From contig DAIEHR010000059.1 of assembly GCA_027353465.1 (NCBI GenBank), forward strand, positions 1 through 59,774: a stretch of 59,774 nt of DNA, written 5' to 3'. The notes under the pieces are model-generated. The model worked only from the letters and a program-made list of their open reading frames with translations. It had not been told where the DNA came from and did no database searches. Origin of the DNA: Acetobacteraceae bacterium (lineage in GTDB: Bacteria; Pseudomonadota; Alphaproteobacteria; Acetobacterales; Acetobacteraceae). The number at the start of each line of letters is the position of its first letter. Within the stretch, counting starts at the first letter, position 1. Below are positions 49,693-58,470 of this stretch, in pieces. Both the position numbers and the translations under genes were made by a program.

Positions 49693-52600
49693 TTGCCTGA
49701 GACCGGGGAACGAACAGGCGAGCGCACGGACTCCTCACTGTTCGGCATCGCGGGCGGGGAGATGGTCGCGCTGATCGCGGCAACCGACTGGAGCCGCACG
49801 ATCCTGGGTCCGCGGTCCAGATGGTCCCAAAGTCTGACGACGATCGTCCGCATCCTTGTCACCTCGCGCTACGCGATGTGGTTGGGCTGGGGGCCGGAAT
49901 TGAGCTTCTTCTACAACGACGCCTATGCCCCCACCCTGGGCGTGAAGCACCCCTCGGCGCTTGGCCAGCCGGCCAGCCAGGTATGGGCGGAGATTTGGAA
50001 AGACATCGGTCCGCGCGCGGAATCGGTGATGCGCACCGGCGTCGCCACTTGGGATGAAGGGCTGTTGCTGCTTTTGGAACGCAGCGGTTACCGCGAGGAA
50101 ACCTATCACACCTTCTCGTACAGCCCGCTGCCGGACGACGACGGCACGATCGCCGGCATGCTGTGCGTGGTGACCGAGGAAACCCAGCGGGTCATCGGCG
50201 AACGCCGCCTGGATACCCTGCGCGACCTGGGGACCGCCCTGGGAACCGTCCGGTCGGAGCCGGAGGTGATGCAAACCATCGAACGCACGTTGGCCCGCAA
50301 CGACCGGGATCTGCCGTTCGCGCTGATATACCTGCGGGATGAGGCCACAGGACAACTGCACCGTTCGGCTGATATCGGCGGTATTGGCGATGCGATTGCC
50401 CCCGCCATATTGCCAGACGCCCGGGTGCTGCCATTTCCCGCCTTAGCCATGCTGCGCGGACACCAGGCCCGCGCGGTGCACGACGTTGACGGCCTGCGGG
50501 GCCTGCCCCTCGGCGCATGGGACCGGGCACCGCACCAGATCATGGTCGTGCCGATCGCCCAGCAGGGCCAGTCTCGCCCGGCTGGCCTGTTCATTGCCGG
50601 AGTGAATCCCTATCGCCCTATGGATGAGGCATATGCCGGGTTCATCGAACTCGTTGCGGCCCAGATCGCATCGGGCCTGGGTGCGGCTCGCGCCTATGAG
50701 GCGGAGCGCCGGCGGGCCGAGGCCCTGGCGGAAATCGACCAGGCGAAGACCGACTTTTTCTCCAATGTCAGCCACGAGTTCCGTACTCCGCTGACGCTGA
50801 TGCTGGGGCCTTTGGAGGAGGAAATCTCCGCCCTTTCCCAAAGCGACAGGGCGGCGGCGAGTCGCCTGTCGATGGTTCACCGCAACGGACTGCGCCTGTT
50901 GCGGCTGGTCAATACGCTGCTCGATTTTTCCCGCATCGAGGCAGGCCGGGTGCAGGCCCGCTTCCAGCCAACGGATCTGTGCGCCTATACCGCCGAACTG
51001 GCCAGCAACTTCCGCTCCGCCTGTGATCGGGCAGGCCTGCGCCTGACGACCGACTGCGTCCCTTTGGGCCAGCCCATCTACGTCGATATCGAAATGTGGG
51101 AGCGGATCGTTTTAAATCTGGTTTCCAACGCGTTCAAATATACCCTTGTTGGCAGCATTACGGTCGGGCTTCACCCCACACCGGATGGGCGGCGCGTGCT
51201 GCTGACGGTGCGAGACACGGGCGTAGGGATCCCAAAGGCGGAATTGCCACATATTTTCGACCGGTTTCACCGCATCGAAGGTCAGCGTGGCCGCACATTG
51301 GAAGGAACCGGAATAGGCCTGGCACTCGTCAACGAACTGGTGAAACTGCAAGGCGGCACGATCGAAGTAGAAAGCCAGGTCGATATCGGAACAACCGTAT
51401 CTGTCAGCATTCCTTTCGGCATGGCCCATCTGCCGGCTGATTGCGTCGTTGAGGCGGCAGGAGCCAGACCGGCGGAACGCGCCATCGCCGACGGGATCGC
51501 CGCCGCTTCGTTCGTGGAGGAAGCGCTGCGCTGGTTGCCCGAGCATAGCGGTCGCTACGATGAAACAACCCAGGACGCACCGGCCGGGATAATCGTCGCG
51601 GATCAAAGGCGGCGCATCCTGCTGGCCGACGATAACGCCGACATGCGCGACTATGTCGTGCGGCTTTTGCGGACGAGCTACGCGGTCGAGGCGGTTGAGG
51701 ATGGTCAGGCCGCGCTCGCGGCTGCGCGGGCGAAACGGCCCGACCTGATTCTTTCGGACATCATGATGCCCCGGATGGACGGGTTTGAGTTGCTGGAGGC
51801 CATCCGCGCCGACGAGTCGTTGCGCGATCTCCCCGTTGTTCTGCTGTCCGCCCGAGCTGGCGAGGAAGCCCGTGTCGAGGGCCTGGAAGCAGGTGCCGAC
51901 GACTATCTGGTGAAGCCGTTTTCAGCTCGTGAACTGCTCGCACGCATGCGCTCCAACCTTCAACTTGCTCGGTTGCGACAAGAGGCGCGTGAATCACTGC
52001 GGCGCGCCAACGAGGCGCTGGAGCAACGTGTCGAAACTGAAATCGCGCAACGAATCCAAGCCGAGGAATCGCTGCGGCAATCGCAGAAAATGGAAGCGAT
52101 AGGCCACCTGACAGGCGGGGTCGCGCACGACTTCAATAATCTCCTGACCGTCATCGGCGGCGGCGTCGAAACCTTGCAACGCTTACTGGCGAACGAGCCG
52201 CCAGGAACCAACCATGCGCGGATTATCCGCGCGCTCAACATGATTGCCCAGGGGGCTGACCGGGCAGCGACGCTAACCCATCGCCTGCTGGCGTTCGCCC
52301 GCCGGCAAACTCTCGATCCACGCCCCGTGGATGCCAATAAGCTGGTCGCCGGCATGTCGGATTTGCTGCGCCGCTCGCTGGGCGAGTCGATTGCGCTGGA
52401 AACCGTATTGGCCGGGGGACTATGGCGAACCGTCGCGGACGCCAATCAGTTGGAGAATGCACTGCTGAATCTGGCCGTGAACGCCCGTGACGCCATGCCC
52501 GATGGCGGCAAGCTGACCATCGAAACCGCGAACTCCCATTTGGATGAGTCGTACGCCGCCGCCCACGACGATGTTGCCGCGGGCCAGTACGTTATGATCG

Positions 52601-53229
52601 CCGTCAGTGACACCGGAACCGGGATCGACAAGGATACATTGGAACGGGTGTTTGAACCGTTCTTCACCACAAAGGATATCGGCCACGGCACCGGGCTGGG
52701 CCTAAGTCAGGTTTACGGCTTTATCAAGCAGTCCAATGGCCATGTGAAGCTCTACAGCGAACCAGGGCAAGGTACTGTGGTGAAGCTTTACTTGCCCCGC
52801 CTGATGGCGGAACGGTTGGACAATCCCAACCAGATGGACCCAGAAGCAGCCCCAGTCGGGCAGGGCGAAACAATCCTGGTGGTGGAGGACGAGCCCGCGG
52901 TGCGGGAGCATTCCGTGGCGTCGCTGCGGGATCTGGGCTATCGCGTATTGTATGCCGCCGACGGCCATGCCGCGCTGCGCATCCTGGCGCGGGAGTCCGA
53001 AATCGCGGTTCTGTTCACCGATGTCGGCCTGCCCGGCGGGATGACCGGACGCCAGCTTGCGGAGGCCGCGAGGATTCGCCGGCCGGAACTCAAGGTCGTC
53101 TATACGACCGGCTATGCACGCAATGCCATCGTACATGGGAATGTGCTGGAGCCCGGAACCGAACTGCTTCCGAAACCATTCAGCTTCGGCGCCTTGGCCG
53201 CGAAAATCCGGACGGTGTTGGACACATAG
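49693..53229 (+). CDS. Hybrid sensor kinase PAS-GAF-HisKA-HATPase-REC-HisKA-HATPase-REC
   Basis: Two H-boxes (SHEFRTPL, AHDFNNLL), two G-boxes (GTGIGL, GTGLGL) and two receivers (LSDIMMP, FTDVGLP). No TM segments. Start TTG 49693 follows AGGAG; the ORF is open from 49615. Confidence 0.9.
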   Translation: MPETGERTGERTDSSLFGIAGGEMVALIAATDWSRTILGPRSRWSQSLTTIVRILVTSRYAMWLGWGPELSFFYNDAYAPTLGVKHPSALGQPASQVWAEIWKDIGPRAESVMRTGVATWDEGLLLLLERSGYREETYHTFSYSPLPDDDGTIAGMLCVVTEETQRVIGERRLDTLRDLGTALGTVRSEPEVMQTIERTLARNDRDLPFALIYLRDEATGQLHRSADIGGIGDAIAPAILPDARVLPFPALAMLRGHQARAVHDVDGLRGLPLGAWDRAPHQIMVVPIAQQGQSRPAGLFIAGVNPYRPMDEAYAGFIELVAAQIASGLGAARAYEAERRRAEALAEIDQAKTDFFSNVSHEFRTPLTLMLGPLEEEISALSQSDRAAASRLSMVHRNGLRLLRLVNTLLDFSRIEAGRVQARFQPTDLCAYTAELASNFRSACDRAGLRLTTDCVPLGQPIYVDIEMWERIVLNLVSNAFKYTLVGSITVGLHPTPDGRRVLLTVRDTGVGIPKAELPHIFDRFHRIEGQRGRTLEGTGIGLALVNELVKLQGGTIEVESQVDIGTTVSVSIPFGMAHLPADCVVEAAGARPAERAIADGIAAASFVEEALRWLPEHSGRYDETTQDAPAGIIVADQRRRILLADDNADMRDYVVRLLRTSYAVEAVEDGQAALAAARAKRPDLILSDIMMPRMDGFELLEAIRADESLRDLPVVLLSARAGEEARVEGLEAGADDYLVKPFSARELLARMRSNLQLARLRQEARESLRRANEALEQRVETEIAQRIQAEESLRQSQKMEAIGHLTGGVAHDFNNLLTVIGGGVETLQRLLANEPPGTNHARIIRALNMIAQGADRAATLTHRLLAFARRQTLDPRPVDANKLVAGMSDLLRRSLGESIALETVLAGGLWRTVADANQLENALLNLAVNARDAMPDGGKLTIETANSHLDESYAAAHDDVAAGQYVMIAVSDTGTGIDKDTLERVFEPFFTTKDIGHGTGLGLSQVYGFIKQSNGHVKLYSEPGQGTVVKLYLPRLMAERLDNPNQMDPEAAPVGQGETILVVEDEPAVREHSVASLRDLGYRVLYAADGHAALRILARESEIAVLFTDVGLPGGMTGRQLAEAARIRRPELKVVYTTGYARNAIVHGNVLEPGTELLPKPFSFGALAAKIRTVLDT

Positions 53230-53286
53230 AAGGGAAGCAGGAAGTCCGGCGGCCAACCACTGTCAGTTCGGATTGCCCCCTGGCAT

Positions 53287-53997
53287 TCAGACCGGCTTTG
53301 CCGCGTTGCCGCCGCTGCGGCCACGGTCCGACGCGACCCGCACGAAGGTGGAAACGATCTTGCCTGACGCATGGACCGTGCCCCGCAACGATCCGGCCAC
53401 CTTCGACACGCCGGCCATGCGGCAGCGATACGGCACCGGAACCTCCAGGATTCGCAGGCCAGACCGAGCGGCTTTCATTTGCATCTCGATGTTCCAGCCA
53501 TAAGTCATCTCCCGCATCCCCAAGCCAACCAGCACGTCCTTCCTGATCGCTCGGAAGGCGCACATATCGGAGTAGCTGACATCGTACAGCGCGCCCATGC
53601 CCCAGCCGGCCAACCGACCAGCCAACACCTGATGCCAGAACATCGACCCAGGATCGCGCCGGCCGCGGGTGCGGGATGCGATGACGAAATCATGCGTCCC
53701 CGCCAGCACCGGGCCGGCGATCGAAGCCAGCAGATCGCCCCGATCCGCTCCGTCGCCATCCAGGAACGCGATTACCGGGGATCGGGCGGCGATCGCGCCG
53801 GCCATGCAGGCCCGCCCATAGCCACGGCCCGCGTCGATCACCGTAGCACCGGCCGCCCGGGAGATTTCTTGGGTGCCATCAGTGCTGCCGCCATCGGCGA
53901 CAATGACCTCAACCGCAATATCGCGTGGAATTTCGCCGATTACCGCCGCGATGGCAGCAGCTTCGTTGAACGTGGGGATGACAACACTGGCCTTCAT
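53287..53997 (-). CDS. GT2 glycosyltransferase, dolichol/polyprenol-phosphate glycosyltransferase (DPM1)-like
   Basis: [35 protein letters not shown] and FRAIR. Confidence 0.88.
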   Translation of the reverse strand: MKASVVIPTFNEAAAIAAVIGEIPRDIAVEVIVADGGSTDGTQEISRAAGATVIDAGRGYGRACMAGAIAARSPVIAFLDGDGADRGDLLASIAGPVLAGTHDFVIASRTRGRRDPGSMFWHQVLAGRLAGWGMGALYDVSYSDMCAFRAIRKDVLVGLGMREMTYGWNIEMQMKAARSGLRILEVPVPYRCRMAGVSKVAGSLRGTVHASGKIVSTFVRVASDRGRSGGNAAKPV

Positions 53998-54012
53998 CGC
54001 GCGGCCGCCCTG

Positions 54013-55065
54013 CTACAAGCTCCATCGCAATCCGCAATTCTGGCAGGGGAGAGGCGGTGTTTCACCCAGCAGCGACGTCCGGAAGCCCCGGTATTGGTCG
54101 CTGTTCCAGATATCGCGCAAGGTCTGCTGGGTTGCGTCACCCAGCGTATAATTCTCATACCCGCGCGCCGAGAACGGGGCGATGCAGCATGGCAATGCCC
54201 GCCCATGGGCGGTGAAATACATCAGCGACCACGGCCGCCGGCAGGTCGCCCAGGGCTTGTCGTCAGCCGCGCGCTTCAGGCTAAGCCCGGGTTCTGTCGC
54301 ACCCGACGCGTCGAGCGTCACCCCCAGCGAGGCACCGATCGCCGTTGCGGCCTCGATCGCCGATTGCTCCTCATCGCGGGTTTGCTCGAACAGCGAATAC
54401 TCGGCCCGAGCCTTGCCGAAACCGTTCTCATCGAACACCAGCCGCTGGAGGTGGACCTCTTTCACCCCCATCGACGCCGAGAGTCTGACGAATTCGGGCA
54501 ATTGGTCCACGGTTTCCTTCAACCCGGTCAGCCACAAGGAGACGCGGGGCTTATCGACGCCCATCCGCTGCTGATAGGCGGTGAACCTGCCGACGTCGCG
54601 CACGATACGCGGGAAGAAATCCTTGCCCCGGATGGCGGCGTAGCTCTTGCGGTCGGCCGCATCCAAAGAAACCCGCAGCTCATCCAGGCCGGTATCGATA
54701 ATCTCCTGGAATTTCTTCGGGTTCAGCAACGTGCCATTGGTGTTGAACAACACATACGTCCCGCGATCCTTCAGATAGCGGATCATCCGCGGCAGGTGCT
54801 TTACCAGCATCGGCTCACCCACGCCGTGCAGCACCACCCGGGCAACATTGGGCACCTGATCGACGATTTTGGTGAACAGCTCCCAGCTCATATCCGCCGG
54901 CGGTTCCAGGTCCTCGAAGGTTCGCGGGCAGGTTTCGCACAGCAGGTTGCAGCGGTTGGTAACTTCCAGATACAGGCAGACCGGTGCTGCCTCCGCCACC
55001 GCGTTCCGCTCCGCGGCGATGGCTTCGAAATAGCGGCGCGGGTCCCGCAGGGTTGTCGTTGACAT
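54013..55065 (-). CDS. Radical SAM protein with SPASM/Twitch C-terminal domain
   Basis: LEVTNRCNLLCETC (CxxxCxxC), HGVGEP, TNG, VSLD and C-terminal CRRPW...PCC...CQNC. True start is MSTTTL at 55065 (TGATG overlap, AAGGA SD). Confidence 0.92.
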   Translation of the reverse strand: MSTTTLRDPRRYFEAIAAERNAVAEAAPVCLYLEVTNRCNLLCETCPRTFEDLEPPADMSWELFTKIVDQVPNVARVVLHGVGEPMLVKHLPRMIRYLKDRGTYVLFNTNGTLLNPKKFQEIIDTGLDELRVSLDAADRKSYAAIRGKDFFPRIVRDVGRFTAYQQRMGVDKPRVSLWLTGLKETVDQLPEFVRLSASMGVKEVHLQRLVFDENGFGKARAEYSLFEQTRDEEQSAIEAATAIGASLGVTLDASGATEPGLSLKRAADDKPWATCRRPWSLMYFTAHGRALPCCIAPFSARGYENYTLGDATQQTLRDIWNSDQYRGFRTSLLGETPPLPCQNCGLRWSL

Positions 55066-56360
55066 CAGGTCATTTCCTTTGGGGATGCGGCGAATGGTCG
55101 CCAGAAAGCCAACAGGACGGCCGGCACGAAGACAACGCTCGGCCAGACGAAGCGGTCGCCATAGGTGTCGAGGTAGAGCAGCACCGGGGCGGTTGCCAGC
55201 CACAGGACCGCCGGTGTGGGGGCCAGGACGCACGGCACCGCCAGCGAGGCATAGTACCAGGGATAATGTGGGCTGATGCCGAAGATTGTCACCGCCATCA
55301 TCGCCCCGGCGGCCGAGCAGAGCGCGACCGCATCGTCCGGACGACGCACGAACGCGACCCAGCAGCCCAAGCCTGCCAGGATCAAACCAAGTAAGGCGAG
55401 ATAAGCCTTGGAGGCGAACGCGGGCAGGGGGAACAATTTCGCCATTCCAGCCAGCAGCCAAAGTCCGGACCCGGTGTTCAGCCCTTCCTCGGTGCCATAG
55501 CCGCCGAGAAATCCGAACACGCGCCAACCGACGCCGAGGTAAATCGCGTAGAGCGCCAGCATGGTTGCTACCGCCGAAAGCACCAATCGCCATCCACCAT
55601 GCCGAGACCACAGCGCGGGCGCGATCACCACCGGCAAGAATTTGGTCAGCACCGCCGCCGCCAGCGCCGCGCCGGCCCAGTCATTCCATCGCCGCACCCG
55701 GAGCAGCAGCGCAAGGGCGACGAAGCCGCAGATCGCGGCATCCACGTGGCCGTTACCCGCGAAGGCCCATATCGGCAAAGGGTTCCAGGCATAGATCAGC
55801 ACCCGTTCCGCTGGCAGGCGCGCCGCCTTCAGCAGGCCAAGCAGGCAGCCGACCGCCAACGCCTCAAACCCGAACATCGCCAGCTTCAGACCGGTGACGC
55901 TCGGCCAGATCCAGCCAACCAGGGCGAAAATCACCTGGGCCGCGGGCGGATAGATCGTGGGCGCATAATCCGCCCGATTGATGTGGGGATAAACTGCGTC
56001 GTCGCGTAAACTGGCCAGGGCCGGATCATCGGGGATGTAACGATAGGGATTGATCCAAGCCGCCTGAACGCGACCATCCCAGACGTAACGATAAAGGTCG
56101 CTGGACAGAAAGGGTGGTGAAACTAGCAACGGCACGCGCAGGGCCACGGCGATCAGAAGCACCAGCCAGATCACGCGCACTCTCCAGCGAAGGACCGCCA
56201 CGACCGCCACCAGGTAAACCACGGCGCTGAGACCAAGCAGGATCACGAGTTCGATCTTCGCCTCGGGCGTGCCCACGGTTCCGGCACCCGGGGTGTGCAG
56301 CGACAGGCCTGCCAAGGTGAGCACCAACAGCATCGCGCCTGGAATCGCCAGGCGGATCAT
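55065..56360 (-). CDS. GT-C fold multi-pass membrane glycosyltransferase (GT87/DUF2029-like)
   Basis: Multiple hydrophobic TM segments, loop LSSDLYRYVWDG..NPY, IYPP, YAWNPL, NGHVD, TKFLP and PHYPWY. Start MIRLAI at 56360. Confidence 0.82.
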   Translation of the reverse strand: MIRLAIPGAMLLVLTLAGLSLHTPGAGTVGTPEAKIELVILLGLSAVVYLVAVVAVLRWRVRVIWLVLLIAVALRVPLLVSPPFLSSDLYRYVWDGRVQAAWINPYRYIPDDPALASLRDDAVYPHINRADYAPTIYPPAAQVIFALVGWIWPSVTGLKLAMFGFEALAVGCLLGLLKAARLPAERVLIYAWNPLPIWAFAGNGHVDAAICGFVALALLLRVRRWNDWAGAALAAAVLTKFLPVVIAPALWSRHGGWRLVLSAVATMLALYAIYLGVGWRVFGFLGGYGTEEGLNTGSGLWLLAGMAKLFPLPAFASKAYLALLGLILAGLGCWVAFVRRPDDAVALCSAAGAMMAVTIFGISPHYPWYYASLAVPCVLAPTPAVLWLATAPVLLYLDTYGDRFVWPSVVFVPAVLLAFWRPFAASPKEMT

Positions 56361-57106
56361 TCCGCCGCCAGGTCCAGAGTCCCCGGCCGTGCTTCGATGA
56401 GATCCAAGGCAGCGGCGGTGAACCGCGCTGGATACGCGGCTTGCCCGCCGGTACGAACCGATCGCGCCAACCGGTCCAGCGATGGCCGGTCGTCCACATC
56501 GTACCAAACCGGCAGTTCGACCACGTCCAGGCCCAATGTCGCCGCGCGTTGGCGGGTTGCTTCCGCCACGCCGTCCGTGCTCCAGGCGATATCGGCGAAC
56601 AGGCCGGCATGCGGCGCCTTCATGCCTAGAAGGTAGTATCCGCCATCCTCGGCCGGCCCCAGCACGATGCGGTCGCCGGGGGGTGCCAGCGCCTCGGCTG
56701 TTCGCACCAGAAACGATGTTGGCAGCGTCGGGCTGTCGGAGTTCAACACGGCAGCGGACGGATATCCGACCGCGAACATCGACTGTACTGCGTGCAGCAG
56801 GCAGCGTCCAAATCCCGTCACCCCGTCCGGAACCGGCACCGACCCATCGGCCAGCAGCAAGCATGTACCAGCGGCCAGATGGCCGTGGAACAGCATCTCC
56901 AACCCGGCGGGGGCATAGGCGATATACCCGCGGATCGATGCCAAACGGCCCGCCGCCGCGATGTTCTCGGTCATATCCCGCAGAAATGCGGCACTGAGTG
57001 CCGCGGCCTGGTCAGGCAGCAGCGGCGGACACAGACGGGTTTTTGAAAACCCTGGGCGCGGTGCCTTCGCCATCACCCCGATCGCGCAATCTGCCAGACG
57101 TAGCAT
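56357..57106 (-). CDS. DUF2064/TIGR04282-like CofC-related nucleotide-diphospho-sugar transferase
   Basis: MAKAPRPGFSKTRL, NSDSPTLP, LGPAEDGGYYLLG, IAWST and WYDVDD. Confidence 0.88.
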   Translation of the reverse strand: MLRLADCAIGVMAKAPRPGFSKTRLCPPLLPDQAAALSAAFLRDMTENIAAAGRLASIRGYIAYAPAGLEMLFHGHLAAGTCLLLADGSVPVPDGVTGFGRCLLHAVQSMFAVGYPSAAVLNSDSPTLPTSFLVRTAEALAPPGDRIVLGPAEDGGYYLLGMKAPHAGLFADIAWSTDGVAEATRQRAATLGLDVVELPVWYDVDDRPSLDRLARSVRTGGQAAYPARFTAAALDLIEARPGTLDLAAE

Positions 57107-57109
57107 GCA

Positions 57110-57814
57110 TTATATCCCGCTGAACCAGTTGTAGCCCCGATCAGTCCAGAACCCCCTTGGCTGCTGGTTGGTGACATAGATGGTGGTCACGAACTTCGGG
57201 TTCTTGAATCCCAGCTTGGTGGGAATCCGCATCTTGAAAGGGTAACCGTGACGGGTTGGCAGGGTTTCATCCGATAATTTGAACGCCATCAGGGTTTGCG
57301 GGTGCAGCGCGGTTGGCATGTCGATGCCTTCGTAGTAGCCATCCGCGCATTCGAACCCGACATATTTCGCCGACAGATCGGCCCCGATGCGTTGCAGGAA
57401 CGTGCTCAGCGGCGCACCGCCCCATTTGCCGATCATGCTCCAGCCTTCGACGCAGATATGGCGCGTGATCTGGGTGGTTTGCGGCAGGGTATAGAGCTTC
57501 TCTACCGTCCAGGGGGTCTTGTCGGCGATCATCCCGGCCAGCGTCAGCCGGTAGTCGGACGGCGACAGCTTTGGTGCCTTTTCCGGACCATACCAGGCGT
57601 TGTAGCGGAAATCCTTTACCGCCTCCGCCTCGCTGAACGTCGGGGCCAGTTTGTGCGCCCCAAACAGCGCCGCCTGAACGCGGTCGTTGAAGCGCGACAC
57701 CGCGGCCAAGGCCCGTTGCACGCTGTCGTGATCGCTGATGTCGCAGCCGGTCAGCAGCGTCAGCGCGCCCATCGACAGGCCGCCGCCGAACAGGCGCCGT
57801 CGTTCCAGGTCCAT
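57110..57814 (-). CDS. Molybdopterin-dependent oxidoreductase (sulfite oxidase/MsrP-YedY family), Tat lipoprotein
   Basis: ERRRLF Tat motif and LLTGC lipobox. RHICVEGWS carries the Mo-ligating Cys (TGC codon). HPQTL, HGYPFK and LGFKNPK also present. Start MDLERR at 57814. Confidence 0.88.
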   Translation of the reverse strand: MDLERRRLFGGGLSMGALTLLTGCDISDHDSVQRALAAVSRFNDRVQAALFGAHKLAPTFSEAEAVKDFRYNAWYGPEKAPKLSPSDYRLTLAGMIADKTPWTVEKLYTLPQTTQITRHICVEGWSMIGKWGGAPLSTFLQRIGADLSAKYVGFECADGYYEGIDMPTALHPQTLMAFKLSDETLPTRHGYPFKMRIPTKLGFKNPKFVTTIYVTNQQPRGFWTDRGYNWFSGI

Positions 57815-58470
57815 CACCGCTCTCCTGTATGGTCGGCTGTGGCTTTGCCCAGCGTCATCGCGACAAAGGTCTTCGGCACCAGGATCACCAGCGCGACGTG
57901 GATCACGATGAACAGCGCGATCGCCGTCATGAAGACGAAATGGACGATACGGGCACCCTGAAAGCCGCCGAACAGTAGTTCCAGAGGATAGGTTTGCACC
58001 GGCTTCCAGATTGTGATGCCAGACAGCAGCATCATCGCCACTGAAGCCAGCACACCCCAATACGCCACGCGCTGAACGACGTTATACTCGCCCAACCGGT
58101 GATCCAGCCGGAAGCGGATCGCGGCGGAGAAATCGCGCCAGAATGACGCCGCGCCGACCGGCAGGAAATCCCGCCGGAAATGGCCGGAGACAAGGTTCCA
58201 GAGCATGAACCCAAGGTAACTGGCGGCCAGCAGCCACATGGCGGCGAAATGCCAGGCGATGGCGCTGGCGACCCCAGGATCGTTGTGCAGCGCCAGCGCT
58301 TGCTCCACATCCCCGCCCAAGGTCGCCCATTCGGGGAAGGTGAAGCCAAAAATCGGACTGGCATTGTAGATCCGCCAGCCGCTGCCGATCAGCACCAGGA
58401 TCGCCAGCGCCATCAGCCAATGCGTGACCCGTGTGGCGATCGGATGGGTTTGGACCTGGATCTGCTTCAT
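57814..58470 (-). CDS. Di-heme cytochrome b (Ni-hydrogenase/thiosulfate reductase cytochrome b family)
   Basis: About 4 TM segments with His ligands in THWL, WHF, VHF and IHV; YNVVQR and GGFQGARIVHF. Confidence 0.88.
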   Translation of the reverse strand: MKQIQVQTHPIATRVTHWLMALAILVLIGSGWRIYNASPIFGFTFPEWATLGGDVEQALALHNDPGVASAIAWHFAAMWLLAASYLGFMLWNLVSGHFRRDFLPVGAASFWRDFSAAIRFRLDHRLGEYNVVQRVAYWGVLASVAMMLLSGITIWKPVQTYPLELLFGGFQGARIVHFVFMTAIALFIVIHVALVILVPKTFVAMTLGKATADHTGER

